A stretch of 64,000 nt of DNA, taken from Botryllus schlosseri. Taxonomy: Eukaryota. Position 1 is the stretch's first letter. The number at the start of each line of letters is the position of its first letter. Shown here piece by piece: positions 35,601-50,600 of the stretch. The notes beneath the pieces are model-generated. The model made no database searches and was not told the origin of the DNA. It was given only the letters and a program-made list of their open reading frames with translations. The position numbers and the translations under genes were made by a program. The stretch is taken from positions 7,690,001 to 7,754,000 of the forward strand of contig CM119372.1 in NCBI GenBank assembly GCA_051294905.1, read 5' to 3'.

Positions 35601-38600
35601 ACGCGAAAAATGCCATGGTAAGCGATACGCACGTTGGCGTTTAGCGTCCGAGAAAGTAAAATTTGACCCGTACGCAGGCGATATCACCGTACATGCCGCT
35701 AAACGACGAGAATGAAGCGGACTTGACCGCTAAACTTGCGGTGAACTTGATGGAAGAGGGTCTGGGAACATCTGGACTCGTTGCCGAAGGTAAAGCTATT
35801 TTATCTGAGACAGAGGTGTGTGATTTGCCAATCGCTATTTAGGCCAGCAGTGATCAACATAGTCCGTGCTGGTACTCAAAAAGAAGTTATAGAAGTTTTA
35901 CAACTTAGTAAATTTCTACTCAATCCCAAGCAGAAGTGTAGTGACTTATAAGACATTTGAAAACTACTTGAAGTGGATGTAGTCTGGGGGCGGATATCAT
36001 AAAGTTAGGTGATCCAGAAGAATGCTAATAATGGTGTGATTAAAAACTGGTAATCGTGGCGCATTTTAGGCGGAGATCAAAAAGTTTGCTGTACCGGAAG
36101 AATGCTAATCGTGTGATTAAAAACTGCTAATCGCGACGGATAAAGTAGGATAAAGGTTACGCGCGATGATTACTCCAGGTGTCCCGAGTTTTCAATTACC
36201 TGGTGTTATCTATTGCATCACAATGCGAAAACCCTCCTCGCCCCCTCATCCTCGTTAAGCGGTGTCTTACAAAAAGCCTAGAAGTGGGCCGTGCTATAAG
36301 TCGGCAGTTACGGAAGATAATGAAGAATGTCGGCCTGGTGTAAATGACCATAGTAGTCGACAAAGGCGACAACGTGGTTTGGCTGTCAGTCGTCATTTGT
36401 TGAATCCTTCGTCCAGTCCTTCGTTACTGACCATGACCACCTTTGTTTATGAGGCTGAGTATTGTGAAATTAACTTTTATGGTCAGACTTCACCGATACA
36501 GGGTTTTGATAAGAATTTGCGAAAACATTTTAAGGATATTTTTTTAAAAAGACGAATTTATCTGTATGTCCAGTGTTTGTTTTGTCCGGCATGCGAGAAT
36601 ACGTGTCCGGTCAATACCGAGAACGCTATTACCGAGAAGGACAATACCGAGAATGGACACCACCGAGAATAGACATTACCGAGAATGCAATATTTGCAAT
36701 GTTATGTATATGTATATGCATATGTATATGCATATGAACAGGTCGTGTGTGTGCATCACGGCGTTGCCACATTCGGTATCGATTCTCAGATATAAATTTC
36801 TCGACAAAGCCCGTCCCACTAAGCTAGGTTCTTGGCACTCACCATTCTCGGTAATGTCCATTCTCTGTAATAGCATTCTCGGTAATGTCCATCTCGGTAA
36901 TAGCATTCTCGGTAATAGTATGGAAACGTCGTAAAGTCCGAAGTTTGAGGGTGCAATATCGCAAATTCTCGAAAATCGTTATGTTTTTTATACACGCTGC
37001 GGTTTTGTGGTTTTCTGTGACTCGACGATCTGACATTTATATTCCAGTTAGCGACAATGTCAAAGTCGCATGGTCGGAATTGGACGGCACAGAAACGGAA
37101 GGCGACGATAACGCGAAGTTATTCTGCCCGTAAGTGACATGGTTTGGTTACTCACGATACGAAATCAAACGCTCCGTTACGTTACCACATCTATATAATA
37201 GGTGTACGGATGTGTTCTTCGTTGTCGAGACGTCCGCATTTCGATCAAAGACAGACGCGAACAACGTGTTGAAGATGCACGAAAGAGTGTTCAGGCTTGC
37301 AGAATTCGATCAGGTTGGAAATAGGCTATATATTACCGGACGCGGTGAAAAGTAATCAGTATTGCTACTCAAGTAGAAGTAATGTTGAAAGAAACTCAAT
37401 TCCAAGTATAAACTAGCGATTTCTAAGACGTGCTAAAAATATACTTCATGTACTGTACAAGTAGTAAATAAGAGGGGGCTATACAATCAACTTTTTTCAA
37501 CTCTGCTCGAGTGATATAGAATGGCTCGCATTCATAATATTGTAATTTTCCTCAGTCCGAACAGTTTCTGGCCCTATTTCCAACTGTTTCATACTATTAC
37601 CGAGAATGCTATTACCGAGATGAACATTACCGAGAACGGATATTACCGAGAATGCACATTACCGAGAACGGACATTACCGAGAATGCACATTACCGAGAA
37701 CGGACATTACCGAGAACGGACATTACCGAGAATGCACATTACCGAGAACGGACATTACCGAGAATGGACATTACCGAGAATGGCCAATGCCAAGAATCTA
37801 GCTTAATGTAACGGACGTTTGTCGAGAAATTTATACCCGAGAATCGACACTGAATTTAGCAACGCCGTGATGCACATTGCACACACACGACCTGTTCATA
37901 TGCATAACATGCCTGCCTTGCATATATTGCATTCTCGGTAATGTCCATTCTCGGTGGTGTCCATTCTCGGTAATGTCCATTGTCGATATTGCCCATTCTC
38001 GGTAATGACCATTCTCGGTGGTGTCCATTCTCGGTAATGTCCATTCTCGGTGGTGTTCATTCTCGGTAATGTACATTCTCGGTGGTGTCCATTCTCGGTA
38101 ATGTCCATTGTCGATATTGCCCATTCTCGGTAATGTCCATTCTCGGTGGTGTCCATTCTCGGTAATGTCCATTCTCGGTGGTATCCATTCTCGTTAATGT
38201 CCATTGTCGATATTGCCCATTCTCGGTAATGTCCATTCTCGGTATTTTGCTTCTCGGTAATAGCATTCTCGGTATTGACCGGACACAATTTCCAGGTATC
38301 AGGACTGATAGACGAAATACCAGTAATGTGGTGACTTTACTAATCTTCGAAGACAATGAAATGCCAGTCTTGGCCGTCCTAGTCTCGAGTCATGCACAAT
38401 CACTCGAGTACAAGTCGAGTCAATACACAAATTGACTCGAGTCGAGTCATTTTACGCATTTGAAAAAATGACTCGAGTCCTGTCATCAAATACTCTGATG
38501 GTTTAGAAATGCGTCTTAATCTAGATACAGGGCCGTAACAGCACTTCGTCAGGCCCCCCCCAAAACTTTGGTCTTGGGCCCCCCATAGTGTTATAGACCG

Positions 38601-41600
38601 AACGTCTGGGGGGCTTCGCCCCCCAGACCCCCCTCCGGCGATACACTGTTTACCACTATTCATCATTTTCATTGGGAGTTTCTTTAGTCAATCAGCTTTA
38701 GTCGCCTGAGCGCGCGAAGCGCGCAAAATTTCTAGTATTCAGGATTTCATCGGTCAGTATGATCGGGAATTGCATACATTGTTATCGATTTTTATCTTCT
38801 CTCTGCTCACGTAATCAGATTTGCCGGTAGAGCTGAGTGAGGTGTGTTTGAAAAGGTAGGACCACTCAATAATAATTAAACATCTTCGGGCGTATACCCG
38901 TTGGCAGGAACAAAACAGCACCTCGTCAGGCCCACAAAAACGTGGGTCTTGGGCTCCCATAGGGTGATAAAACGACCCCCCCCCCCATCACGTTGATCGC
39001 GTTTGTCACGAAATTACCCGGACTGTATTGTGAGCCAGCGCGAAGCGCGAAAATTTTCGATAATTTATGATAAAATCGGTCAATTAGATCGGCGACTGCA
39101 TATATAATATGCTATCAATATATTGTCCTCTCTACTCACGTAATCAGATTTGCCGGTAGAGCTGAGTGAGGTGTGTTTGAAATGGTAGGACCACTCAATA
39201 ATAATTAAACATCTTCGGGCGTATACCCGTTGGCAGGAACGAAACAGCACCTCGTCAGGCCCCCAAGAACGTGGGTCTTGGGCTCCCATAGGGTGATAAA
39301 ACGACCCCCCATCACGTTGTTCACGTTTGTCACGAAATTACCCGTACTGTATCGAGAGCCAGCGCCAAGCGCGAAAATTTTCGATAATTTATGATAAAAT
39401 CGGTAAATCAGATCGGCGACTGCATATATAATATGCTATCAATTTATTGTCTTCTCTACTCACGTAATTAGATTTACCGGTAGAGCTGAGTGAAGTGTCT
39501 TGAAAACGGGAGGGCCCGTAAATAATGAATAAACATCTTCGGGCGGGCGGAACCGTTGATATGACTTCGTTACATGATGTTATTTCGTGACTTCCAGTCT
39601 GCTATATCAGAAAATATAGAACCGCCCAAACGTAGGCTTCTAAACTAAGAGAAGCACACGATTTCAAATTGGTATTTCTTCACTGGCATAAAATTTTTCC
39701 CAGCGGGATGGTATTTGTCTTGTGAGGTTCAGATTGCAAAGACAGGAACATTCGGCGCCAGTCATTTAGGCGCCTATGGACAATTAAACCTATATGTATT
39801 TTGTATATATATCGAAGTATTTGATCTGCATAAGGGCATAGGCCTTTTCGGCCAAGCTTTTCTCGCTGCCAATCGTTATGGCACACTTCTTGGAGTCGCA
39901 TGTTATATGGCCTAAAACTTGATTGTATGTCTTGGTGGGTCGTGGGCGGTAATGGCCCAATACCCAATAAGAAAGATAAATGGCTACGTGAATTCGCGCG
40001 CAGCGCGAAATAATTTTGAAAAAATTGCATAAATTTTCAAAAAATACTCTATGATTTATGCTAATTCACGAAATAATTTTGGGCCCCCCATCGAGCTCGC
40101 CCCCCCCCCCAATTGGGGGTTTGGGGTGCGGCAGTTACGGTGCTGTCTAGATACCATTTCTTTTAGAATTTATCGGGTTTAAAGGTGAAGGTGCTATAGT
40201 TGTCGTTTTTATCGTAATCTGCTCAAATATTCAATATCTGTCGGGCTCTATTTACGACACTGCAATTACAGTACTTTTCGAAGTTTTGTTACCATGATAC
40301 CAGGGCTATTTCGCTCTGTTGTTATGATGATTATTTTTCGACTAATAGATTGTGTCGTCATAAAATTCCATCACATCACAATGAATATTGAGGTGATCTT
40401 TTCAATTTGATATGTTCATAGAAAGTAGAGTGAACAAGTTGGATTAGAGTGTCATGGTAATGAATTACGCGTTTGAATTTACACCTAATTTCTGGAATTA
40501 GGAATGTTACATCCAAGCGCACGTTAAACGTTACAATTATACAAACAGTTCAATATCCGATTCGGCATTGCCGTGTCGCAAGCCACGGACGTCCCCTATC
40601 TGCGACTGATCACCGACATCGGCGACCTATCTGTGGAAGACTCGCTCACGAACTTGGAAATGGAACTGATGTCGGCCGCCGCAGGCAACGCCAACTCGGC
40701 TGGCACAGACACTCGGGTTTGGCTGGACTCCTTCAACGTAAGTCTGGTTGTTCCAATCAGGGTTGGTCAACTAGAAAATGTTGATCTTTTCCTAATTAGA
40801 TTATAATTATAGCCACACAGTTTTTTTCAAATTTGATTGGAATTAGAATTTCTGAATTCGTGAAATGACGTTCCGTTCGATTTTTCAGGCCAGTGGTGAT
40901 ATTGCAGGGTTACCATATTTTGGAGTCCAGACTTTCCAAAACTCATAAAAGTTAGTCGGCTGAAATTGCAAACAGCTGATTTAGAAATATTTACTGGAAA
41001 TCTTGTGTCTTAATGTTGACTAGAAAAAAAGGTCATCACTCAGATTCGACTCCCGAATGAGCCTCTCGAACGTCCGCATTACACTGTAAATAAAAAAAGG
41101 TATTCCTCCACACCTATAAAGGTGTTACAAGCAAAACACCCCATATACCTCTGGAGGTCGTTTATGCCATGATTCACCTACCTCCTAAGGTGACCAAGCT
41201 ACATTCCCACCCCTTAGCATCGTCGCCTACTTGGGTGTATTATTAGTTATCTCACCTTTGCTGAACCCTATGGATTCCATAAAACCGGCTCAATTTTCAA
41301 TCATATATTGTAACAACGACAATTGAATTGCGGCAATAAATGAATCAACGAAATAAATCGAACTAGAAATAGCTCAACAGCAGAGGTGGTTAGTATATAT
41401 ACCGATTTTGCGTCATATGCCGATCTTCAGTTGACCCTGTCAATTAGCCTAGCTGTAATAGCTGTAAAGGAGGACGAATTGCCAAAAGTTGGGACATTTA
41501 GGCGTCCTCGGAGGACATTTTCAATTTCTTGAAAAAGGGGTTACAAATCCCACTGTAGGACAATATGGTAACCCTATGATATTGGCGAACCAGGTCTATT

Positions 41601-44600
41601 GCAGACCCACTAGTTCAGGATAACGATGATATCGTGCTCACCAGGCGTGTTCTACTCGATAAATTAGGCCAGAGACTATAGCGAGCGCACAGCAATCAAC
41701 GACCTAATTCCCGTGCAAATGAAAAACAATGTCAGCGAGAGATCGTGTACCATTGTACGCAGTCAATTCTCGCTACCTGGCAACACGCTTCTCGCTGATT
41801 GGCGCTGATCGCAACATTGATAGTTCGAATTACTGACTTGCAACTGAATATTAGTGAGATAATGGGCATTACAAAGAGGCGGGGTTTCGAGCTCGAAAGG
41901 GGGGTTCAACGCCGCAAAAAACGCTGACTACCCGCCCTATAGTGCAAGTATAGACAAAATCTGCCTGAAGTGCTTCGAAAGATCGGAGTACTCGGTTCCT
42001 GTCGGAGGTGGTCAAAGTAGTCAACAAGTAAAGTATGATACTCGGAATTGGAAGTGATATATAAATACCACTTCTTAGAAGCGGATAATATATTTCATAT
42101 CTTTTGTCCATAAAGCTTCAAAGGTGATCTGCTAAAACAGGTGTAACGTTAAAAAAGCCGCATTTTCTAGATTAGCAGGACACGTCATGGGCCGCTAGGT
42201 TACGATATGATAGGTAATTGCTAGATTGCGAAACGTTAGTTTCAAATCTTATGGTGGGCCATATTTACTGTGATGGAATATTTGATATGGGCGACAATGC
42301 GGTGTGAGCGGAATCAAGCAATCCGGTACCAAAATAATATTCACTGTTACTTTCGTGAAAACATATTTGTCACTCCATATAACTACTGTGCGCGAAGCGC
42401 AACAATATTTCTGGGTTTACTTGACTTTTATGAATATCAAATGTTGCTACTGCGTGAAAACAGCCCCGAAATTCTTCAGGCTATCTTTCGTATTGAGGTA
42501 GGCTTACCATATTTTGGAAATCTAAAAAGAGGACACTTTTTCAGAAATTTGAGACTTGCAAAACCGGAGAAGAATTTTCAAAAACCGGTGAATTTTTCCC
42601 ACTTTGTGATCGGTAGACTAAAAAAAAAAGGTCATCTTTCCGCCCAGAGCTACAATAACCGCTTTTCACTCCGAAATACCCGCCGGACCGTCAGTTATGT
42701 GCTAATTCAAGGCATATCACTCGCAATTTGCTCTAAATCTGACCTAAATTTTCAAAAAAGAGGACAAAATCTCAAAAAATAGGACAAAAGGGCGTCCTCC
42801 GAGGACACTTTCAAATATGTCAAAAAAGACGACAAATCCTCTTAAAAGAGGACGTATGGTAACCCTATATTGAGGGATTAAACTACTTCTACTTGACAAA
42901 CCGAAAATTGCGAAAAGTAAGTAAGTAGATCACAAAATATTTCGAAGTAGAAGTAGAGAAAATCAGATCTACTTGAGTAAGTACCAGAAGTAGAGGAAAA
43001 CTACTTGAGTACTTCCAAAAAGTAGAAGTACTTCGTTACTGACCACCTCTGGTTACTGACCACCTTCATTAGCTTCATTATACAAAAGGCACCCCATAAG
43101 CTTAGCTCGTTTCGCGCTATACAGTTCTCCTGTAGCATTTTCAAGAAAACCAGAAACTCGATTAGGTTTAAAGTAGGAGCACAGAAGCATTTCACTATAG
43201 AAATTAAACATGGAACGGCAACGGCCGATTTTGCAGCTTCGTTCCGCTTCGCCGAGGCTGGAGTGGAGAATTGTTTTGCGTAAGCGACAGTAGGATTTCT
43301 GGCAATCCAAAAGCTATCTTCCCGAGCGCAGATATCACTGAATTTGGTCTTGATCGAAAGCTACTGTTGCACCGATTCCGAAAATATAAATTAAAATAAT
43401 AATCAGGCACTGATCCATCTACAATCCGCCTCCATAACGATGACCCGTCGCGACTCTCCGATTGTTCGAACGATGCCGATATTTCAGACTTGGAAGACGG
43501 ATTCTAGGTGGATCAGTGCCTGGTTATTATTTTAATTTATATTTTCGGAATCGGTGCAACAGTAGCTTTCGATCAAGACCAGATTCAATAATTTCTGCGC
43601 TCGGGAAGATAGCTTTTGGATTGCCAGTAATCCTACAGTCGCTTACGCAAAACTATTCTCCACTCCAGCCTCGGCGAAGCGGAACGAAGCTGCAAAATCG
43701 GTCGTTGCCGTTCCATGTTTAATTTCCATAATTTCACAAATTAGATTACATGTATTTCGTTCTAATTAGTCTAATTAGACTCCTAGAATTATCTGATTGT
43801 CCGAGTCTGCCGCGACGACCCTTTTCTCATTTTCAGGACGTACAAAATCTCCGGTTTTTCAACGAAGACCTGCAGTTTCGCGATAAATTACTGGTGATCT
43901 ATTCCGAATCGCCGTTGAAGCGATCGTACGCAGAAATCTTCAAGACCCTGAAATCGAAATCCGTTAAAATCCTCAGCGTCGGATACGACAGAGAATCGGA
44001 GTAAAGTGGTTATTCTGTGGCGCGGCAGCGCTTCTAGCTTGAAAACTCTCTTTTCCCGTTCAGAGACGATTCGTACGAACAATACGTGTCCAGCCCGACG
44101 CAGGATTTCTCCAAGAGAGCGAGAAGCGTGACCGACTTGAAGGAATTGGCGCCGTACACGATCGACGTTATGCGGTTAGTCACGGTATATAGCTGTAGGG
44201 ACGTGGTCTTTAATCTTTCTTAACCCGGCGAACCCAACGTTTTTGCCTAACCTATTCACAAAAACAAACCACCATATTGAATATCGTACACTCGTAGCGA
44301 AATAAGTGTATATTCACACCCAAAGGGTCGTAAAGAATGATACAGAACCATACTCAGAATGATAGCGCGCTCACGGTCATAATTCCCACGTGCGTTCGTG
44401 CACACCACAATTTGGATGAAATGCTGAACTCTATTTATACCGCGGTATAAGTCGGAGGTAGGTTCTGCTTTCGTGTGTCATGGGTGTATATTAACACCCT
44501 TACATAAGGGGTGGTACACCGTGAAAATACGTACCCTTTCCGGTAAGACTGTGGGCCACGAAACCAAATTACACATCCGTATAATGCATTTCTAGAACAC

Positions 44601-47600
44601 CAGTGCACAAAATGAACTGCGCGCAACAGTGTTAAAAGAACAACACCATAGTTTTGACCATGAACGAATATTTTCTGCCAATCGATGAGATATCTGCTGG
44701 ATGAGTCGCGTGTGTGTCTTGGCATCGATACTGAATGTGGCAACGCCGTTGTGCACACACACGACTTGTTCATGTGCATAACATGCCTGCATTGCATATA
44801 TTGCATTCTCGGCGGTGTCCTTTCTCGGTAGAGGCATTCTCGGTAATGGTTTTCTCGGTCGGACACCGTTCATCCAATTTGGCTCGATTCCAATCAGTAG
44901 AAGCCAACGTAGAGCAACTGAAATTTTTGAATCCCTTTTCGAATTCACTGTCAATGCAGGAAATTGTTGAATTGCCTAAACGATGCAAACCAAATTTAAC
45001 GCAATTCCAACCCGTAGAAGCGAAGTTATTTAAGTTTTTCATAAACAACTCTACGAATTTCCACCGTCAATGCTATTTTTGCAAATACAAAACTTTCAAC
45101 TGCAAAAATTGCTATGCATCGTTTTTTTCGGCAATATAACAATATCATGAGGTTGACAGTAAAATTTGAAAAAAAAATTCGTAATAAATTCAAAATTCAG
45201 GGTTGTAATGACTCGAGTCATGACTCGACTCGCGTCAGACTCGAGTCGCAATTTTCAGATGACTCGAGTCAATCTGTGTAATGACTCGACTTGAGTCATT
45301 ACGCATGACTCGGACCAAGTCATATAGACTCGAGACTCAGGCGGCCCAGACCGACATCTCATTGTAATTTCGAAGGATAGTAAAGTCACCACATTATTGG
45401 TATTTGGTCTACTATTCCTGATACTTGGAAAGTAGGGCCAGAAACTGATAACAGTGAGAAAAATTAGTCTATTATAAATGCGAACCGTCCGATATCACCA
45501 AACAGTTATAAAACGTCGGTTAAACAAGACTTCAACTGGAAACCGAGCAGTCAGCACAGTGACTTGGACTCGGACTCGAGTCATAATACCATGACTCGGA
45601 CTCGACCCTCTGCTTGCTGACTTGGACTCGGACTTGACTAGATGGGGAATTGAAAATGACTCGACTTGACTTGAGTCAAAACTATAAAAGTGAGATTGAC
45701 TCGTAACCTTGTGACTTGGTTACAAACCTGCTAATATGTCGACCTCGCCTCCCGACACATGCCGTCTCATTTTTATCGCTTGCCCTTGTTATGTTATCTT
45801 CTATCGCTCTTCATTCAGTGTGCATCAATTGTGAATTCCTCTTCTTTACATCGCCTCTAGGTCCCGTGGTCGTGTGCCATTGGACCCACCGGGTGGTGAC
45901 CGATGATACGTTCGAGCAACAAATTTTAAACGTTTAATAATATTTTTTGAATAGGAGGATATCCATGTAAATTCCCGCGATAGTTAGAGCTTGTATCTTG
46001 AGACAGCAAAAGATCCGCTATTCTTGACTGAAGATTTGAGGGCTAGAGATCATTTTGCAATTTTTGATCCATCGGTACCACATCTTCCCTACTCCTATAG
46101 CCGCTTCGACACCGCCTATCTTTTCATGTATTGCAATCTTGGGGTGTTTTGAAATGATGAGAATTATCAATTATAATAAACCGAATTTATGCACCGATTT
46201 TTATTTAGGGAAAACGGATATAGGCTATAACCACAAATATGTATCTTTCAATAGGAAGTATTCCTGTTTGGAGGCTGTCGACGGAGTTTGCTCGAAGACA
46301 GTGAACGTGACTATTGGCCAAAGTGAGTATTTAAATGATTTGAATTACATGTACTCATGTTCCCGCGTGTCGGTCAATGCATAGAAGACCGCGTTCGTGA
46401 ATATGTGATATGTGCTCTTTACTAATGTGTCGACACTTTGTGGAATTTGATCTCATGACGATACCATGTACCTTAAAGTTTATAGATTTATATTGTTGGC
46501 CAATATTCTTATACACAGATATAGCCAAAAGACGACTTCGATATTGCGAATTAAACCACTTGCGTTGTGACTTGTGATAGCTGAACAAACATAGTCGACA
46601 ATAACAGCTCAGGGCCAGCAAGTTACAGCGTCAAAACTAAAAAGGAAATGCTTTTTGTCAATGTCACCCGAACCTTATCATGTCAAACAGAATTACGAAT
46701 TCATGATTGTGTCGCATGAACACTAGGGCTCTTCAAAAATGACTTTTTTTCTCAAATCGTACTGGCTACTTGATAAAATTGTTAGGTTACCTAATTTAAG
46801 CCTACACACAAAATTTGGTTCAATTCCAGCCAGTAACCGCTTTGCTACAGGAGAAGTAAGTTTCTACTTATTATATAAAAATAAATTATTGCCGTCGAAA
46901 AATTTGGATTTGAATAACTCACCGTAAATACTATTTTATTCAAATCCAAATTTTTCGACGGCAATAATTCCGCTTCCACTGGTTGGAATTGAACCAAATT
47001 TGGTGAGCATCGTTTCTATAGACAGCCTAACACTTTCACGGGGTAAACAGAAAATTTTCAAATTTTTTATTATTTATTTTTATATAATAAATAGAAACTT
47101 TCTTCTCCTGTAGCAAAGCAGTTACTGGCTGGAATTGAACCAAATTTTGTGTATACGCTTAAATTAGGTAACCTAACAATTTTATCAAGTAGCCAGTACA
47201 ATTTGAGAAAAAAAGTCATTTTTGAAGAGCCCTACATTGAACAGTCGCGTCCTTTGTGCAGGTGGCGCAAGCGGAAAAAACACGATAAGGAATTCGTACG
47301 CGCGCGGTATACCACCTGGCGTCGGTTTGAAGAAATACGGAGAAATTGGCGGTAAGGATTTACAACTCAACATGCTCAATTCCGCATCAGCCGTATAACC
47401 GATGACGTCAACTTATTTATCGCTTCCGCGTCTATACGCCGAGAAATTCCACCGGGAGCAAGTATTCTCGATATGCAATGCCAGTCACTATATTGATGAC
47501 GTTACAGTGTCAAGAATCAAAAATTGATAGGCTACGGTACTGCTGAACTGGTATTACTGAACTGGCCAATAAAAACGATATAGATATATAGCTTAGAAGT

Positions 47601-50600
47601 GTTGTAGCTAATATATATAGTGGCGTGACATCACGAAATGTCACATATCTATCAGTCTCAGGAATATGGTAACGCGAAGGACCTCTACTCAGTGGTGGCC
47701 TACGATCGGGCGGGGGGGGGGGGGCTGGGCGAGACTTCCGGGGGGGCAGAACCCGTGTAGCGGTCGACGCAACGACTTGTTGCAAGACACGCTGGTATAG
47801 TGCTCGATTGGAGTCAATCAATCAATCAATCAGGTTTATTAATATTTTCATCGTTTCAAAACATCACAAGACTGCGATACAATGAAAAGATAGGACGGTG
47901 TCGAAACAACTTGGAGTAGCCATTAAGATCAGACACCCACCTTAGCCTAGGCGAAGTAAATAAGAGGCATGCACACTGAATGAAAAGTAATGCAGAGAAT
48001 ATAAGACGCAAGCGACGAAATGGGGTGGCATGTGGCGGAGGGCGAGGTCGATGTTAGGTCGTGGTCCGGTAATCCTGAAGACTGGCTAGAATTGATTTAG
48101 AAGAAATTTTGCTTGTATTTCGACTTGAATGCGGACATGCTCGACGACTGTCGGATAGCCGATGCTACAGTTCCTGTTTTACGCACTAGCAGACTGACTT
48201 ATGACCGCTATAGCTCTCTTGCAATCCTGATCACACACGCAGATCCAAGGAGCTTTCTTTAATAACATAGAACAGTCAAATAGTAGTAAGTAGCTGTCAG
48301 AAACTTGTAGATTTACCAGGATCAAATCATACTGCAATATAGGCCTATTAACAAATATAAAAGAACACAGTGAAATGAATCTAATTGTCTATATACGATT
48401 CTGCGACTGAAGCGCGAGCACGCCCGCTACAAGCATTGCGAAATGGTAGTTTCAAGAGCTATGATGGGCCATATTTACCGTGATGAAATAGTTCATATGG
48501 GCGACAATGCAATGTGAATGGAACCACGCAACCCGCTACCTAAATTATATTCACCGATACGTTGGTGAAATTATATTAGTCTACTGTGCGCGAAGCGCAA
48601 CGAAAATTCTGGGCTTTACTCAACTTTTATGAAAAATAAATGTTGATAGGCTACTCATCCGTGAAAACAGTCTGATTGGATGATTAAACTACTTCTACTT
48701 GACAAACTAAAAATGGCGAAAAGTACATAAGTAGATCACAAAATATTGCGAAGTAGAAGTAGCGGGAAATTATATCTACTTGAGTAAGTACCCAAGTAGT
48801 GGAAAACTACTTGAGTACTTCAAATAGTAGAATTACTTCGTTACTGACCACCTCTGAGACTATTGATATCTCCAACTCTATATAAATTAACTAAGATCCG
48901 TTTGTCTTCTTGATACTACGCTCATTTGCTTCATTTAGGAGCGGTTTATAACGGAGAGGTGCTGGCCAAGACAAGTCAAAGCAGACTCACTGAACCAGAC
49001 GCCAGTCAGGCTTTTTACTCCTCTTACGAATGCGGAAAGTCGAACGGAGTCAGTCCAAGGAGTATAATGCAAGGAAAGATAGTGGGTATGCATCAAGAAC
49101 ATCTGGACAAGCACTGGGCTTTTGTGTACGAAGTAAATAATATTTGTCGCATTATTATTACTGCAGGAGGTGAGAACGCGGTGTCTCATGCGTGGCCGTG
49201 GATAATAAGCATCAACCGGCTTCGATCGAGGCGCGATACGCTGACGGATAGAGAAATATATACGTATAACTTCTGGGTGTGCGGAGGAACGATTATATCT
49301 TCTGAGTGGGTGGTCACCGCTGCCCATTGCTTTGCGAAAGGAAATGAAAAAAGGTGAGGCCGATGTACATAATGGACGTGGACCCACTGTATTCCCGTGA
49401 TTTTACATCATCGGTACGCATTATTAGTCTCGATAAAATGGCATACAACAGTTACCAAGATCTTGTGGCCGCCGCGATTTGGGCCTGTACAAACCACGGC
49501 GGATTCGCGTGGCTATCACCACTATTGAACTAGTAGGCTTACCAGCCTCTCAGCTTATTCGCAGGTACACGACTTCCTACAAGATCCTCACTGGGGCTCA
49601 TGATCAAGAACTGCTTAGTAGCATCTCTTCGGACGATGTTTACGACATCAGAAGGATCCTATACTATCCCTTCTATGACGACACCAAAAACAAGTTTGAC
49701 GTTGCGTTGCTACGAACGAGCGTAGGTAGAGCCCCTAGCGGTACAGCTCGAGAGATATAACACCGCAGAATTCCTTTTTACAGAGAGTAATGAGATTCCG
49801 TCGAGAGGTATCGCCAGCGTGCTTGCCTAACCCGGACGTTGTACCATTCACCGACAAGCCTTGCGTCGTGGCAGGGTGGGGCTACACTAGCACAAAAGGT
49901 TTATGATGTTAGAGAACGGAAATTGATTTGTAGGGAGTCCCTGTTACTTAGTGCTCCTGTGATCTGGTGGCCATAATCTGATACGACCATCGTATATGCA
50001 CGATCGTTCACCACTCAACAGCGGTCTGCAGCCTAAGATCTGACCAAACCAATTCATAACTTTTCGGCCTAGCTATCCACAGAAAGGAAGCCGGCGTAGA
50101 TGTGTGATACCGATCGTGCAAATAGATGTGTTGCACGACGCGGCTACCCTTTCATCTCGTACAGCTTTGTCCATAGATATGAGGCTACTGCAATGTTACG
50201 AGACGCAGAGGGTTTACAGCAGGGGTTCTCAAACTGGGGTAGCCTACACAATTTTTCTGGCACTGTGAAAACAACGATATATTTATGGGGCAAGTGAGAA
50301 AGAATTGTAAGCTTTCTAAATGCAGCGTTTAAGGCACCATGATTTTATATTGTTCCGCTTACAGTTGCGAGCTAGGTTTTTTGTGCGTTGCGCACGATGA
50401 AGAAAATTTCGTGTCAGATTTTAGGTTGAACCTCGGTTAAACGACTTAAACGTATTCCTTTCCAACACACTCTCACAAATATTGTATTTACTCTTAAGAA
50501 TTCATGCATTTAGTCTTTTAATCTACTAAACTTTGCGTGGTATTAATTTCAATGAGTACCCATTCATGCAGTTTAAGAGTAAGGGTATGCGGATAAAAAT

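Noticed and set aside
37598..38290. CRISPR-like or repeat-protein ORFs (MDITENGHYREW...)
   Set aside because: Contiguous tandem units with no unique spacers in a eukaryotic MITE; the ORFs are by-products of the repeat.
40889..41650. Apparent exon interrupted by a MITE (ttttcag|gccagtggtgatattg...)
   Set aside because: All frames hit stops, and the vWA domain is already complete by splicing 40737->43837 in phase.
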